The notes beneath the pieces were generated by a model, which saw nothing but the letters and a program-made list of their open reading frames with translations, made no database searches and was not told the origin of the DNA. DNA of 64,000 nucleotides from the NCBI GenBank assembly GCA_963702005.1, contig OY969696.1, positions 2,496,001 through 2,560,000 on the forward strand, in the 5' to 3' direction. This DNA comes from Candidatus Aminicenantes bacterium (GTDB taxonomy: Bacteria; Acidobacteriota; Aminicenantia; Aminicenantales; JAFGBC01). This document shows positions 11,981-21,671 of this stretch, piece after piece; position 1 is the stretch's first letter, and each line of letters opens with the position of its first letter. The position numbers and the translations under genes were made by a program.

Positions 11981-12580
11981 ATGCCTACAAATATTGTTAA
12001 TGTCGGATACGACTCAACCAACTACTACATCATCGCCGGCGCCGCCAAAACCATGCTGCTGGTCGATTGCGGATGGCCCGGCACCCTAGGGAAACTGAAG
12101 AGCCGGTTCAAGGGGAAGGGGATCGAGCTTAATCAAGTTCAATACCTTTTAGTGACTCACTATCATCCCGACCACGCGGGCCTGACCCAAGAATTGCGGA
12201 ATGCGGGGCTGAGGCTCATACTCATGGATACTCAAGTGCCGTTTGTCGGACAGTTGAAGAAAATCATGAAGCCGAACAGCGGATATATTGATATCGTGGT
12301 TGAGGGCAGTTTTGTCCTCAAGAGCGCAGACAGCCGGGCCTTCTTGAAGCAAATCGGAATAGACGGCGTGATTTTCGCAACTCCCGGACATTCTCCCGAT
12401 AGCGTGTCTTTGATACTGGATGAGGGGATAGCGTTTACCGGCGACCTGACCCACGAATCCATGTTGTCGGAGGATGATGTCAGCGCCAGGGAAAGCTGGC
12501 ATCAAATCCGTCGACGCGGCATTCGGATTGTCTATCCAGCTCACGGCGGCGTGTTGCACCGGCAGCAGGATGGGAGATAG
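11981..12580 (+). CDS. MBL-fold metallo-hydrolase
   Basis: THYHPDH, TPGHS, FTGD, PAHG motifs; visibly lower GC than its flanks. Confidence 0.88.
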   Translation: MPTNIVNVGYDSTNYYIIAGAAKTMLLVDCGWPGTLGKLKSRFKGKGIELNQVQYLLVTHYHPDHAGLTQELRNAGLRLILMDTQVPFVGQLKKIMKPNSGYIDIVVEGSFVLKSADSRAFLKQIGIDGVIFATPGHSPDSVSLILDEGIAFTGDLTHESMLSEDDVSARESWHQIRRRGIRIVYPAHGGVLHRQQDGR

Positions 12581-12650
12581 GGTCAAGAAAAGCTTCCCGC
12601 TTTATTTCCTTACCGCCTTGGCTATATAATCTTCATCAAAGAGGATGACC

Positions 12651-13448
12651 ATGAAGAAAATCGTCTTGGGACTGTCATTAGCACTGGTTTTGAGCCTGGC
12701 GGCGTCCTGCATTATAGCCGTCGTGGACACGTCAGAGTCGGGGATGGATGGGACCGCTTACAGCTACCGGAAGTCCGCTCCATTTTCCGCGGGCGGAAAG
12801 GTCTCCCTGGTCAACACGAACGGCGACATCCTGGTCCGTGGCTGGGACGACGCCCACGTCGAAGTCTTGGCCAGGGAGCCCGGCAACTGGCCCAGGCCGC
12901 GCGGGTTGCGGATCTCCGGGATCGGCTCCCTGGAGCCCGAGATTCGGTTCGACCTCAGCGATAATACCCTCAAGCTCCAATGCCCCGATGAGGGGGAAAA
13001 AGACAGCGTCTATGATTTCGAGATCCGCGTCCCGCGTTCCGTTAAAATCGAGGGCATCCGGAACGGCCAAGGGACTATTCGCGTCTCCAATGTCTACGGT
13101 CGCCTGGAAGTCGAGGCGGAGCGGGGCGAAGTTCATGTCGAGAATTTCTCCGGCGTCCTCGACGTCTCGCTCGAAGAGGGAGATGTCCAGGCCGAGGTCT
13201 TGGACATGAGGTCCGAGGACGAAATCCGGATTGAGGTAGGGGAGGGCGATGTTGAGATCTTCCTCCAGGATCCGGTCGGAGCGACGATAGAGGCCGAGAC
13301 CGGAGACGGCGAAGTCACGAGTGAAATGGAATTCGGCCAGCCGCTTCCGGCGAAGAAGCTTACGGTAAAGCCCGAGAGCCCGAACGGCCGCATCATTCTC
13401 AAGACCGACAGCGGGGATATCCGGATCCGAAAGTCCAGCGGAGAATAA
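12651..13448 (+). CDS. Lipoprotein with DUF4097/adhesin-like beta-strand repeats
   Basis: Lipobox LAASC; repeated GxIxV beta motifs ending KTDSGDIRI. Confidence 0.7.
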   Translation: MKKIVLGLSLALVLSLAASCIIAVVDTSESGMDGTAYSYRKSAPFSAGGKVSLVNTNGDILVRGWDDAHVEVLAREPGNWPRPRGLRISGIGSLEPEIRFDLSDNTLKLQCPDEGEKDSVYDFEIRVPRSVKIEGIRNGQGTIRVSNVYGRLEVEAERGEVHVENFSGVLDVSLEEGDVQAEVLDMRSEDEIRIEVGEGDVEIFLQDPVGATIEAETGDGEVTSEMEFGQPLPAKKLTVKPESPNGRIILKTDSGDIRIRKSSGE

Positions 13449-13463
13449 CGAGGAGGGTATCCG

Positions 13464-14279
13464 ATGGAAGAGAAAAGAAAGGTCATCGTCACCGGACTCA
13501 TCTTTCTCGGCCTTCTGATCGTCGGCGGCGGCCTTTACTACTTCCTCGTCCTAGACCGCTTCCATGAGCCCTCCAAGACCCAGGCCGGCGAAGCCGTCCC
13601 GGGGCTGGCCGAGGAGAAAATCGCCGCAAGTGAGGCCGAAGAGCGCTCTCCGGTCGAGTTGGACAAGAGCGACGAATATGTCAGGGCCAACGTCCAAGGA
13701 TTGTCCTCCCAACCAGGCTTTGCCGCCTGGCTTAAAATAAGCGGACTCATCAGGAGGTTTGTCGCGGCCGTGGACAACGTCGCCAACGGTGTAAGCCCCA
13801 GACCTCAGCTCGAAATCCTGGGGCCCGATAAGGCGTTCGCCGCCGTCAAGAAAGGGCGGCAGCTCCATATCGATCCCGCGAGCTACGGCCGCTACGACAA
13901 CGTGGCCGACGTTTTTTCCTCCCTGGACACGGCCCAGAGCGTCAAGGCCTATCGGAGCCTGAGGCCCCTGATCCGGGACGCCTATCGCGAGCTGGGCTAT
14001 CCCACTCAGGAATTTCAGGACACGCTCGTCCGGGCCATTGACGAGCTGCTCCAGGTCCCGCTCGTCCGGGGTTCCATCGTAATTGAAAAACAAGTCCTGA
14101 CTTACATAATCATTGACCGGACCCTGGAGGAGCTGAGCCCGCCCCAAAAGCATCTCCTCCGGATGGGCGCGGAAAACGTCGAGATCATCCAGTCCAAGCT
14201 GAGGGAATTCGCAACGGCCCTGGGAGTTCCGGCCGACCGCCTGCCTAAGAGCCGAAACTATACGCCGCGCTCTTACTAA
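13464..14279 (+). CDS. DUF3014-like membrane-anchored protein
   Basis: N-terminal TM helix; LIRRFVAAVDN, SYGRYD, AYRELGYP, QKHLLRMG motifs. Confidence 0.75.
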   Translation: MEEKRKVIVTGLIFLGLLIVGGGLYYFLVLDRFHEPSKTQAGEAVPGLAEEKIAASEAEERSPVELDKSDEYVRANVQGLSSQPGFAAWLKISGLIRRFVAAVDNVANGVSPRPQLEILGPDKAFAAVKKGRQLHIDPASYGRYDNVADVFSSLDTAQSVKAYRSLRPLIRDAYRELGYPTQEFQDTLVRAIDELLQVPLVRGSIVIEKQVLTYIIIDRTLEELSPPQKHLLRMGAENVEIIQSKLREFATALGVPADRLPKSRNYTPRSY

Positions 14280-14318
14280 TCGGCGCGCCCTGGGAAGAAC
14301 GAGCGCTTCGAGAGATCT

Positions 14319-15701
14319 TCACTTTGTGCAAATAACCGTCTGCGCTGTCGTTTCGTTATTTCCGGCCTTGTAGCGATTCAAAAAAGCGCCAACCGGTTCC
14401 CCTGAAACCTGGACTTGGGTTGCCTGCGCGGGACGATGGGTCGATCTCACGACGGCTTTGCTGGAGCCGACGAAGACCCCGCAAGAAGGATCGATCGTTC
14501 CGTCTGCGCCAAGCCTCATGACCAGGACGTCGTCGCCACCCGCGCCGTAAGATCTCGTTTTGCCGGCGACGATGTACCCCCCGAGGGAACTCGGCATCTC
14601 ACGGACGGACCAGGCGGCGTCGTAGTCTTTCCCGCCATAGCATTTCTCCCAGACGATCGCGCCTTCCGGGTCGAGCTTGAACACCCAGGCGTCCGCGTTC
14701 CCCGAGCCGAACGAAAGAGTCGTCCCGGCTACGATGTAGCCTCCATCGCGGGTCTGTCGAATCGAATGGGCGTAGTCGGACTTCGTTCCCCCGTAGGTTT
14801 TTTCCCATTCGGGCTGTCCGTTTTTATCCAGCTTGAGGATCCAGATATCCCAGCCGCCCGCCCCGTAGGAAGCGGTCTGTCCGAGCACGATAAATCCTTC
14901 GTCGGACGTCTGCAGGATATCGAAGGCAAGATCATGATCGGGGCCGCCATAGGTGAATTGCCAGGTGATGTCGCATCCGGAGGTAAGCTTGAGAAGCCAG
15001 ATATCGTTATCTCCGGGGCCGAAGGATCTTGTCACGCCCGCGACCACGGATCCCCCGTCGGAGGTCGAGCCCACGGCTTGTCCGTAATCCGCGCTCGGCC
15101 CGTCAGGTTTGATCATCGTCCGAGACCATCCCTCTTTGTTGATCTTATGGACAACCACCCCCCCCGTCCGATTGGAATAGCCCGTATGATGTCCGGCGAT
15201 GATATAGCCCCCATCTCTGATCGTGCACAGGGAGGGGTAGCTGCTGGTATCATGGGGATAATATTCGGTCCTATATACTTGAACAAAGCCGGAGTCTTCC
15301 TCTCCGTTCTTGTCGATTTTCAAAATCTGGAAATAGCGGCATCCCGAATAGGTGTAATTGATGAGCGCGGCTATTTGGGCGTCTTTCGTTTGCCTGACGC
15401 AGAGCGCTTCGCTTCCCGACGAACTTGAATAGGGCTGAGTATCCAATTTCTGCCAGAGGATCGTCCCGTAGCTTGATAATTTTATGATCCAGAATGCCTT
15501 CTCGTATTTTGAATTCTTGAAATAGCTCTTCGTCCCGCCCGCCACGACGAAGCCGCCCCCCGGCGCCGGGATGATGTCGTTAGCCCAATCATCCGCCTTT
15601 CCGCCGTAGGTTCTGGCCCACTGCGCGTCGAGAGCCGCGCCGGCCGTCAGCAATAAAATAAAAGCTGAAACGAGGACTCTTTTTGTGATCAATTTATTCA
15701 C
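14319..15701 (-). CDS. Secreted repeat (beta-propeller-like) protein
   Basis: Signal peptide; several ~50-aa repeats of the form WxKTYGGxxxDxAxxxxQTxDGGYIVAGxTxSxGxGxxDxWxxKL. Confidence 0.8.
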   Translation of the reverse strand: MNKLITKRVLVSAFILLLTAGAALDAQWARTYGGKADDWANDIIPAPGGGFVVAGGTKSYFKNSKYEKAFWIIKLSSYGTILWQKLDTQPYSSSSGSEALCVRQTKDAQIAALINYTYSGCRYFQILKIDKNGEEDSGFVQVYRTEYYPHDTSSYPSLCTIRDGGYIIAGHHTGYSNRTGGVVVHKINKEGWSRTMIKPDGPSADYGQAVGSTSDGGSVVAGVTRSFGPGDNDIWLLKLTSGCDITWQFTYGGPDHDLAFDILQTSDEGFIVLGQTASYGAGGWDIWILKLDKNGQPEWEKTYGGTKSDYAHSIRQTRDGGYIVAGTTLSFGSGNADAWVFKLDPEGAIVWEKCYGGKDYDAAWSVREMPSSLGGYIVAGKTRSYGAGGDDVLVMRLGADGTIDPSCGVFVGSSKAVVRSTHRPAQATQVQVSGEPVGAFLNRYKAGNNETTAQTVICTK

Positions 15702-15724
15702 TTCCTTCGGAATTCGCAGCCCTC

Positions 15725-16723
15725 CTACCGGCCGCCGCCCCAGCGGAAAGGCCGGCGCTTCCGGAAATTAGGGACGAGGTGCTCCTCGTCCGGGAACGGA
15801 TCGGGCTGTGTGTAGAGGTTATCGAATCCAAGCTCCTGCGCCCGCATAACCGCTTCCTGATACTCCTTGACCGTCAATCCGCGCCGGATCTCCTCGGGCG
15901 CCCGAAAACAGGGGCGGTACTGGCTCATCAGGCTGAAATAAACAGAAGGGGAGATGTTGTAGCGGATCCACTCCAGGACGGCCCAGGTGTCGCGGACCTG
16001 GCCGGGCAGGATGAGATGGCGGATGATGAGGCCGCGCAGGGCGATGTCATGGTCGTCCAAGACGAGCTTGGGCTGCTGACGGAACATCTCCTGAAGGGCC
16101 GGCCCGGCGTGTTGAAAGTAATCGGCCGCGCCCGAATAGCGCCGCGAGACTTCAGGGTCGTGATACTTGAGGTCGGGGAGGTAGATATCGACGATCCCCT
16201 CCAAGCGGCGAATGACTTCCGTCTTATCGTAGCCGTTCGAATTGTAAACGATGGGGAGATCGAGACCTTGGGCCAGGGCGATCTTGAGGGCGCGCAGGAT
16301 GGGGAGAAGGACGTGGGAAGGCGAGACGAGGTTGATGTTGAACGCGCCCTGTCGTTGGAGCTTCAGCATCATCCCGGCCAGAGCTTGGTCGTCCGCCTGC
16401 TCGCCCTCTTGAAGCCAGCTCAGCTGATAGTTCTGGCAGAAGAGGCACTTCAGGTTGCAGCCGGTGAAAAAGATCGTCCCCGAGCCCGCCCGGCCGTGTT
16501 TGGACGACGGCCCCGGATAGCCCGGGCCGCTGAGGACGGGTTCTTCGCCGTAGTGAAGGAGGGCATGGGAGACCGAAGCCAGCCGTCCCGTCTGGCAGAC
16601 GCCTTTTTCCTTTTGGGTCCGGTCGATCCGGCAATCCCTGGGGCAGAGCGTGCAGGATGATTCGAGCGGTGCGAGCGCTTCTAGAGCCCGCTCGATGAGA
16701 TCGACTTTGTTCGGGGCGGTCAT
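15725..16723 (-). CDS. Radical SAM protein, PflX-like
   Basis: CTLCPRDC, GSGTIFFTGCNLKCLFCQN (CxxxCxxC), DIYLPDLKY, IRHLILPG. Confidence 0.9.
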   Translation of the reverse strand: MTAPNKVDLIERALEALAPLESSCTLCPRDCRIDRTQKEKGVCQTGRLASVSHALLHYGEEPVLSGPGYPGPSSKHGRAGSGTIFFTGCNLKCLFCQNYQLSWLQEGEQADDQALAGMMLKLQRQGAFNINLVSPSHVLLPILRALKIALAQGLDLPIVYNSNGYDKTEVIRRLEGIVDIYLPDLKYHDPEVSRRYSGAADYFQHAGPALQEMFRQQPKLVLDDHDIALRGLIIRHLILPGQVRDTWAVLEWIRYNISPSVYFSLMSQYRPCFRAPEEIRRGLTVKEYQEAVMRAQELGFDNLYTQPDPFPDEEHLVPNFRKRRPFRWGGGR

Positions 16724-16744
16724 GGCGCTCTTGATTCTACCATG

Positions 16745-16773
16745 TTGATTCCGGTGCGCGCCATCTGTATAGT
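16745..16773 (+). promoter_or_regulatory. sigma70-like promoter for dedA
   Basis: TTGATT-17 bp-TATAGT. Confidence 0.55.
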
Positions 16774-16776
16774 AGA

Positions 16777-17436
16777 GTGATTGTGATCGAGCTTATCAAG
16801 AAACTTATCGACCTGGTCGTTCATCTCGACGCCCACTTGAGCGAACTCATCCGGACCTGCGGCTTGTGGACCTACCTCATTCTGTTCGCGGTCATTTTCT
16901 GCGAGACGGGGCTGGTCGTGACGCCGTTCCTGCCGGGCGACTCCCTCCTGTTCGCGGCCGGGTCGTTCGCCGCCCTGGGCGACCTCAAGCTCATGTGGCT
17001 GTTCACGATCCTGGCCGTCGCGGCCGTCCTGGGCGACACCGTCAATTACTGGATCGGCCGTCGGGTCGGGCCCAAGATCTTCCAGCGGGAAAAATCCCGT
17101 TTCTTCAAAAAGGAGTACCTGGACCGGACGCACACCTTCTACGAGAAGCACGGCGTCAAGACGATCATTATCGCCCGATTCGTTCCCATCATCCGGACAT
17201 TCGCGCCCTTCGTGGCCGGGATCGGCCGCATGAGCTACGGTAAGTTCCTAAGCTACAACGTCATCGGCGGGGTCGGCTGGGTGGCCATCTTTGTCTTCGG
17301 GGGATATCTGTTCGGCAACATCCCCTTAGTCAGAAAGAACTTCTCGATCGTCATCATCGCCATCGTACTCATCTCTATGCTTCCCGGGCTCATCGAATTC
17401 CTGAGACACCGGAAGCAAGCCGGAGCGGGGGCATGA
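16777..17436 (+). CDS. dedA: DedA family membrane protein
   Basis: FCETGLVVTPFLPGDSLLF, GDTVNYWIG, ARFVPIIRTFAPFVAG; start could be the GTG at 16783. Confidence 0.93.
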   Translation: MIVIELIKKLIDLVVHLDAHLSELIRTCGLWTYLILFAVIFCETGLVVTPFLPGDSLLFAAGSFAALGDLKLMWLFTILAVAAVLGDTVNYWIGRRVGPKIFQREKSRFFKKEYLDRTHTFYEKHGVKTIIIARFVPIIRTFAPFVAGIGRMSYGKFLSYNVIGGVGWVAIFVFGGYLFGNIPLVRKNFSIVIIAIVLISMLPGLIEFLRHRKQAGAGA

Positions 17437-17451
17437 GATCGTCTGAAGGTC

Positions 17452-18231
17452 TCAGGTGCGGATCTTGGCGATTTCTCTAAGCCGGCGACTGCGAAGAGCC
17501 GTATGATCGGTCAGGTCCGAATGGAGGGGCGTCAGGGAGGCATACCCCATCCGGATGGCCTCGAGGTCGGTGCCGGCTCCGTCCATGATCTTGGGACGTC
17601 CGGTGCCGATCCGGAATACGGATTTCCGGCGGGAGTCCTTCCGTTCGATGATTTCGGGCGCGTAGCGCCGCTCCCCCAGTTTGGCGAGGCGGATTCCCCG
17701 GATCGGAGACGGTGGGACATTGCAGCTTAAGGTCATGCCCGGCGGGACGGCCCCGCCCAGAAGATGCGCTCCGATCCGGACGGCGAGCGAAGCGGCTTCG
17801 TCGAATTCGAACCGGCCGTTTTCGTCGGGGATCTGGGACACGGCCAGGGACGGGATTCCTAGGAACGTCCCCTGGATGGCGCCGGCGACCGTCCCCGAAT
17901 AGGCGACATCCTGGCGGCCCAGGTTGGGACCGCGGTTGACGCCCGAAAGAAGAAGGTCGGGAAAGCGGGGGAGGAGCTTGCAGACGGCCAGGTAGACGCA
18001 ATCGGCGGGAGTTCCGTCGACGGCGTACCAGGCTGGGCGGAGGCGCTTGACACGGAGCGGGCCGTAAAGGGTCAGAGCCAGCGAAGTCGCGCTCCGCTGG
18101 CGGTCGGGGGCGACGACGAAAACGCGGCCGAGCCGATGGGCCGCCCGGGCCAGCGCCACCAGCCCTTCGGAGGCGATCCCGTCGTCGTTGACGAGGAGAA
18201 TGAGAGGCTTTCTATTCGTCTTCACGGCCAT
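17452..18231 (-). CDS. surE: 5'/3'-nucleotidase SurE
   Basis: ILLVNDDG, VVAPD, DGTPADCV, SGVNRGPNLG, YSGTVAGA; start may be the GTG at 18225. Confidence 0.95.
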   Translation of the reverse strand: MAVKTNRKPLILLVNDDGIASEGLVALARAAHRLGRVFVVAPDRQRSATSLALTLYGPLRVKRLRPAWYAVDGTPADCVYLAVCKLLPRFPDLLLSGVNRGPNLGRQDVAYSGTVAGAIQGTFLGIPSLAVSQIPDENGRFEFDEAASLAVRIGAHLLGGAVPPGMTLSCNVPPSPIRGIRLAKLGERRYAPEIIERKDSRRKSVFRIGTGRPKIMDGAGTDLEAIRMGYASLTPLHSDLTDHTALRSRRLREIAKIRT

Positions 18232-18254
18232 ATTATAATGCTAATTGCTTTTTC

Positions 18255-19415
18255 TCAGAGGTTGAACCGTTTCTTGAGGGCTTCGGCCTTGTCGGTGCGC
18301 TCCCAGCTGAACTCGGGGATTTCCCGTCCGAAGTGGCCGTAGGCGGCCGTCTTCTTGTAGATGGGGCGGCGCAGGTCGAGCATCTCGATCATCCCTTTGG
18401 GGGTGAGCAGGAAGAGCTCGCGAACGGCCTGTTCGACCTGCCGCTCCTCGACCTTACGCTGGCCGTGGAGGTTGATCATCAGGGACAGGGGGTCGATGAC
18501 GCCGATGGCGTAGGACAGCTGGACCGTGCACTTCTCGGCCAGCCCGGCGGCGACAACGTTCTTGGCGATGTAGCGGGCCGTATAAGCGGCCGAGCGGTCG
18601 ACCTTGGTCGGGTCCTTGCCGGAGAAGGCGCCGCCGCCGTGGGGGCAGCTGCCGCCGTAGGTGTCGACGATAATCTTGCGTCCGGTCAGGCCGGTGTCGC
18701 CCTGGGGGCCGCCGATCTCGAACCGTCCCGAGGGGTTGATGAAGTACTTCATGTCCCGGGAGCGGAAGTCGGCCGGGATGACGGCATCGATGATCTCGCG
18801 ACGGACTTCTTCGGAGATCCGGCCGTTGCTGACGTCGCCCGCGTGCTGGGTCGAGAGGACGACGCGCTCGACCGAAACGGGCCGGCTTCCGACGTAGCGG
18901 ACGGTGACCTGGGATTTGGCGTCGGGCCTCAGCCAGGGGAGGCGCCCCTGCTTGCGAATCTCGGCCTGCCGCTCGACGAGCCGGTGGGCGAGCATGATCG
19001 GGAGGGGCATCAGCTCGGGCGTTTCGCGGACGGCGTAGCCGAACATCAGACCCTGGTCGCCGGCGCCGATTTCGCCGTCGGCGCGGTTGACGACGGCCGC
19101 GGCGATATCGGCCGATTGGCGGCCGAGCATGTTTTTGATTTGGCAGGTCTTGGCGTCGAACCCGTAGGACGCGTCGGTGTAGCCGATCTCGCGGACGGTC
19201 TCCCGGACGATGTCTTCGACAGGGATCGTAGCCGAAGTTCCCAGCTCGCCGGCGACGATGACCGTGTTCTGGGTGAGCAGAGACTCGCAGGCGACTCTGG
19301 CCATCGGATCGATCCGGAACAGGGCGTCCAGGATCGCGTCCGAGATCTGGTCGGCCATTTTATCGGGATGGCCCTCCGAAACGGATTCGGATGTGAACAA
19401 GAATTCTTTTTCCAT
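18255..19415 (-). CDS. metK: S-adenosylmethionine synthetase
   Basis: [42 protein letters not shown]; AGGAGG RBS before the ATG at 19415. Confidence 0.98.
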   Translation of the reverse strand: MEKEFLFTSESVSEGHPDKMADQISDAILDALFRIDPMARVACESLLTQNTVIVAGELGTSATIPVEDIVRETVREIGYTDASYGFDAKTCQIKNMLGRQSADIAAAVVNRADGEIGAGDQGLMFGYAVRETPELMPLPIMLAHRLVERQAEIRKQGRLPWLRPDAKSQVTVRYVGSRPVSVERVVLSTQHAGDVSNGRISEEVRREIIDAVIPADFRSRDMKYFINPSGRFEIGGPQGDTGLTGRKIIVDTYGGSCPHGGGAFSGKDPTKVDRSAAYTARYIAKNVVAAGLAEKCTVQLSYAIGVIDPLSLMINLHGQRKVEERQVEQAVRELFLLTPKGMIEMLDLRRPIYKKTAAYGHFGREIPEFSWERTDKAEALKKRFNL

Positions 19416-19443
19416 GGCTTTGATCCACCTCCTTATAAAATAC

Positions 19444-19475
19444 AAAAGCCCGGCGCTCTAAACCAGAGGCCGGGC
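19444..19475 (-). terminator. Second terminator-like hairpin in the metK leader
   Basis: Minus strand GCCCGGC-CTCT-GGTTT-AGAG-C-GCCGGGC followed by TTTTGTATTTT. Confidence 0.55.
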
Positions 19476-19495
19476 ATCCCCTCGCTGGAGGGCAC

Positions 19496-19530
19496 AAAAA
19501 AAGCCCGGGCTAAAAATCGAGCCTCAGGCC
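19496..19530 (-). terminator. Intrinsic terminator, riboswitch expression platform
   Basis: Minus strand GGCCTGAGGCT-loop-AGCCCGGGC followed by T7. Confidence 0.7.
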
Positions 19531-19532
19531 TT

Positions 19533-19586
19533 GGTTTTTTAGCACCTTGTTGTTGCGGTTGCAATACACCTCAAATCAACCCGCTC
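19533..19586 (-). ncRNA. SAM-II (SAM_alpha)-like riboswitch aptamer
   Basis: Minus strand GCGG-GTTGATTTGA-GGT-GTATTGCA-A-CCGC-AACAACAAGGT-GCTAAA-AA-ACC: P1 GCGG/CCGC, conserved UGAUUU, UUGCA and GCUAAA, GGU/ACC pseudoknot pairing; directly upstream of metK. Confidence 0.8.
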
Positions 19587-19642
19587 GTTCAGTTGTCAAA
19601 CACACCAAGCTTTGCGCTTGACGATCCCCGGGGGATCAAATA

Positions 19643-19719
19643 TGGTCGGGACGGGCGGATTCGAACCGCCGACCCCATGCACCCCAAGCATGTGCGCTAC
19701 CAGGCTGCGCCACGTCCCG
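19643..19719 (-). tRNA. tRNA-Pro(GGG)
   Basis: CGGGACG acceptor stem, D-loop CCTGGTA, anticodon arm CATGC-TTGGGGT-GCATG, GTTCGAATC T-loop, encoded CCA; 77 nt. Confidence 0.97.
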
Positions 19720-19793
19720 ACGCAAGGGACATAAATTATAGCAGAACTCGGGAAAAAATGAATAAAATAATTGGGAAGGCTTCCTGGGAGAGG

Positions 19794-20174
19794 CTATTTT
19801 TTGAGGCCGGCGGCGATTTCCTGGAGTTCGTCGCGGACGTCGGCCAGGACCTTCCTCATCTTCTCGGGATGAACGGCCGCCGGCGTCCGCAAGCCGAACT
19901 CCTCTTCGATCCGCCGCCGGACTCCGGCCAATGTCAGGCCCCGTGTCTCGAGGAGCTCTTGGATGCGACGGATCATGGCGACGTCCTTGGGGCGGAAAAT
20001 TTTCTCGCCCTTGGCCGTCCGGCCCGAGTGGAGGAAGGGGAATTCCTGTTCCCAGGACTCGATCAGGGCCGGGGCGAGCCTCGTAAGGCGGACGATTTCG
20101 TCGAGAGTGTAGACGAGCTTATCCGGTGGCAGGTCCGCCTGCCGCGTTCCTTGATCGCCCGCGCCGGATTTCAT
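19794..20174 (-). CDS. MerR family HTH regulator (type usually linked to tRNA-Pro)
   Basis: DKLVY...WEQEFP...F/Y-R..D...I..LL...GLT..G pattern; immediately upstream of tRNA-Pro(GGG); start uncertain. Confidence 0.8.
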   Translation of the reverse strand: MKSGAGDQGTRQADLPPDKLVYTLDEIVRLTRLAPALIESWEQEFPFLHSGRTAKGEKIFRPKDVAMIRRIQELLETRGLTLAGVRRRIEEEFGLRTPAAVHPEKMRKVLADVRDELQEIAAGLKK

Positions 20175-20314
20175 GATCGTCTGGTCCCGTTTCCACACAT
20201 TAGCATGCCCCCGCGTGGACCGTCAAGCTGATGCCCCAACGAGGTCCCCCGTCGACTTTGGAATTTTGTCCTGACTCGTTGACATCTGTTATAATCCAAA
20301 TGCTGAGGCGGACC

Positions 20315-21664
20315 ATGGAAACCGACGGACAGCACACCCCACTCGCCGAGCGGATGCGGCCGCGCGGCTTCGACCGCGTCTACGGGCAGGAGCACCTTCT
20401 CGGCCCGGGAAAGATCCTCAGCCAGCTTATCGAGTCGGGCCGCCTGGTGTCCCTCATCTTCTGGGGACCTCCCGGCTCGGGCAAGACGACGCTCGGCACG
20501 ATGCTGGCCCGCCATTTCGACGTCCCCTGCGTTTTCTTCAGCGCCGTCCTATCCGGGATCAAAGAGGTTAAGGAGGCCATGGCCCGGGCCGAGGATCACA
20601 AGAAGATGTACGGGAAGCCGATCGTCCTGTTCATCGACGAGATCCACCGCTTCAACAAGGCTCAGCAAGGAGCCTTCCTGCCCTACGTCGAGCGCGGGGA
20701 TGTCGTCCTCTACGGGTCGACGACCGAGAACCCCTCCTTCGAGATCATTGCGCCGCTCCTGTCGAGGACCAAGGTCCTCGTCCTCCGCGAGCTTTCGGCC
20801 GAAGCCCTGGCCAAAATCCTCGAGGACGCCCTGGCCGACGCGGAGAACGGGCTGGGCGCCCTGAAGCTCAGGCTGGACGCGGAGGCGCGCGAGCTCCTCA
20901 TCAACTATTCGAACGGCGACGCCCGCCGCGCCCTCAATTCCCTCGAGATCGCGGCGACGCTTGCCCACGAGGGTAAGATTACGGCTGAAGTCGTCCAGGA
21001 AGCCCTTCAGAAACGGATCCTTCTTTATGACAAGAGCGGGGAGGAGCACTTCAACCTCATCTCGGCCCTCCATAAGAGCCTCCGCAACAGCGACGTCGAC
21101 GCTTCCCTGTATTGGCTGGCCCGGATGCTGGCGGCCGGGGAAGACCCGCTCTACATCGCCCGGCGCATGGTCCGCTTCGCATCCAAGGACATCGGGCTGG
21201 CCGATCCCCAAGCTCTGGCCGTCACCCTCCACGCCAAGGAGGCTTACGACTTCCTCGGCTCGCCCGAAGGGGAGCTGGCCTTGGCCGAGGCCGTCGTTTA
21301 CCTGGCTGCGGCGCCCAAGAGCAATCGGGTCTACGCCGCCTTCGGAGCGGCCATGAAGGACGTCGCCGAGCGGCCCCATGAGCCGGTGCCGCTCCAGATC
21401 CGTAACGCCGTCACCGCGCTCATGAAGGACATCGGCTACGGCCGGGATTACGCCTACGCCCACGACTTCGCGTTCGGGACGACCGACATGGAAACCTTTC
21501 CGGAAAAGCTCAAAGGGCGCGTCTACTACGAGCCGGGCTCGATGGGATTCGAAAAAGACATCCGCAAACGGTTCGAGTGGTGGAAAGACGTCAAGGAAAA
21601 GATCAGGCGGGAGCGGGCGGGAGGCGGGGGAGCGGAAGGCTCGGGCGGACGGGAAGGTCCTTAA
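20315..21664 (+). CDS. rarA: Replication-associated recombination protein A (AAA+ ATPase)
   Basis: PLAERMRP, WGPPGSGKTT, LFIDEIHRFNKAQQ, TTENPSF, NLISALHKS. Confidence 0.96.
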   Translation: METDGQHTPLAERMRPRGFDRVYGQEHLLGPGKILSQLIESGRLVSLIFWGPPGSGKTTLGTMLARHFDVPCVFFSAVLSGIKEVKEAMARAEDHKKMYGKPIVLFIDEIHRFNKAQQGAFLPYVERGDVVLYGSTTENPSFEIIAPLLSRTKVLVLRELSAEALAKILEDALADAENGLGALKLRLDAEARELLINYSNGDARRALNSLEIAATLAHEGKITAEVVQEALQKRILLYDKSGEEHFNLISALHKSLRNSDVDASLYWLARMLAAGEDPLYIARRMVRFASKDIGLADPQALAVTLHAKEAYDFLGSPEGELALAEAVVYLAAAPKSNRVYAAFGAAMKDVAERPHEPVPLQIRNAVTALMKDIGYGRDYAYAHDFAFGTTDMETFPEKLKGRVYYEPGSMGFEKDIRKRFEWWKDVKEKIRRERAGGGGAEGSGGREGP

Positions 21665-21671
21665 ACGCCCC

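Noticed and set aside
14500-15100. Recurrent sequence similarity suggesting a repeat array or CRISPR
   Set aside because: Degenerate protein-level propeller repeats inside a CDS; no identical DNA repeats with spacers and no cas genes.
19643-19719. tRNA as an integration site for a prophage or island
   Set aside because: No integrase and no duplicated tRNA 3' end was found in the window.
18333-20231. 632-aa plus-strand ORF across metK, the riboswitch, the tRNA and merR
   Set aside because: Antisense to well-supported features; spurious.
20279-20295. Perfect TTGACA and TATAAT upstream of rarA as one promoter
   Set aside because: They are only 5 bp apart. The TATAAT more likely works as an extended -10 (TGnTATAAT).
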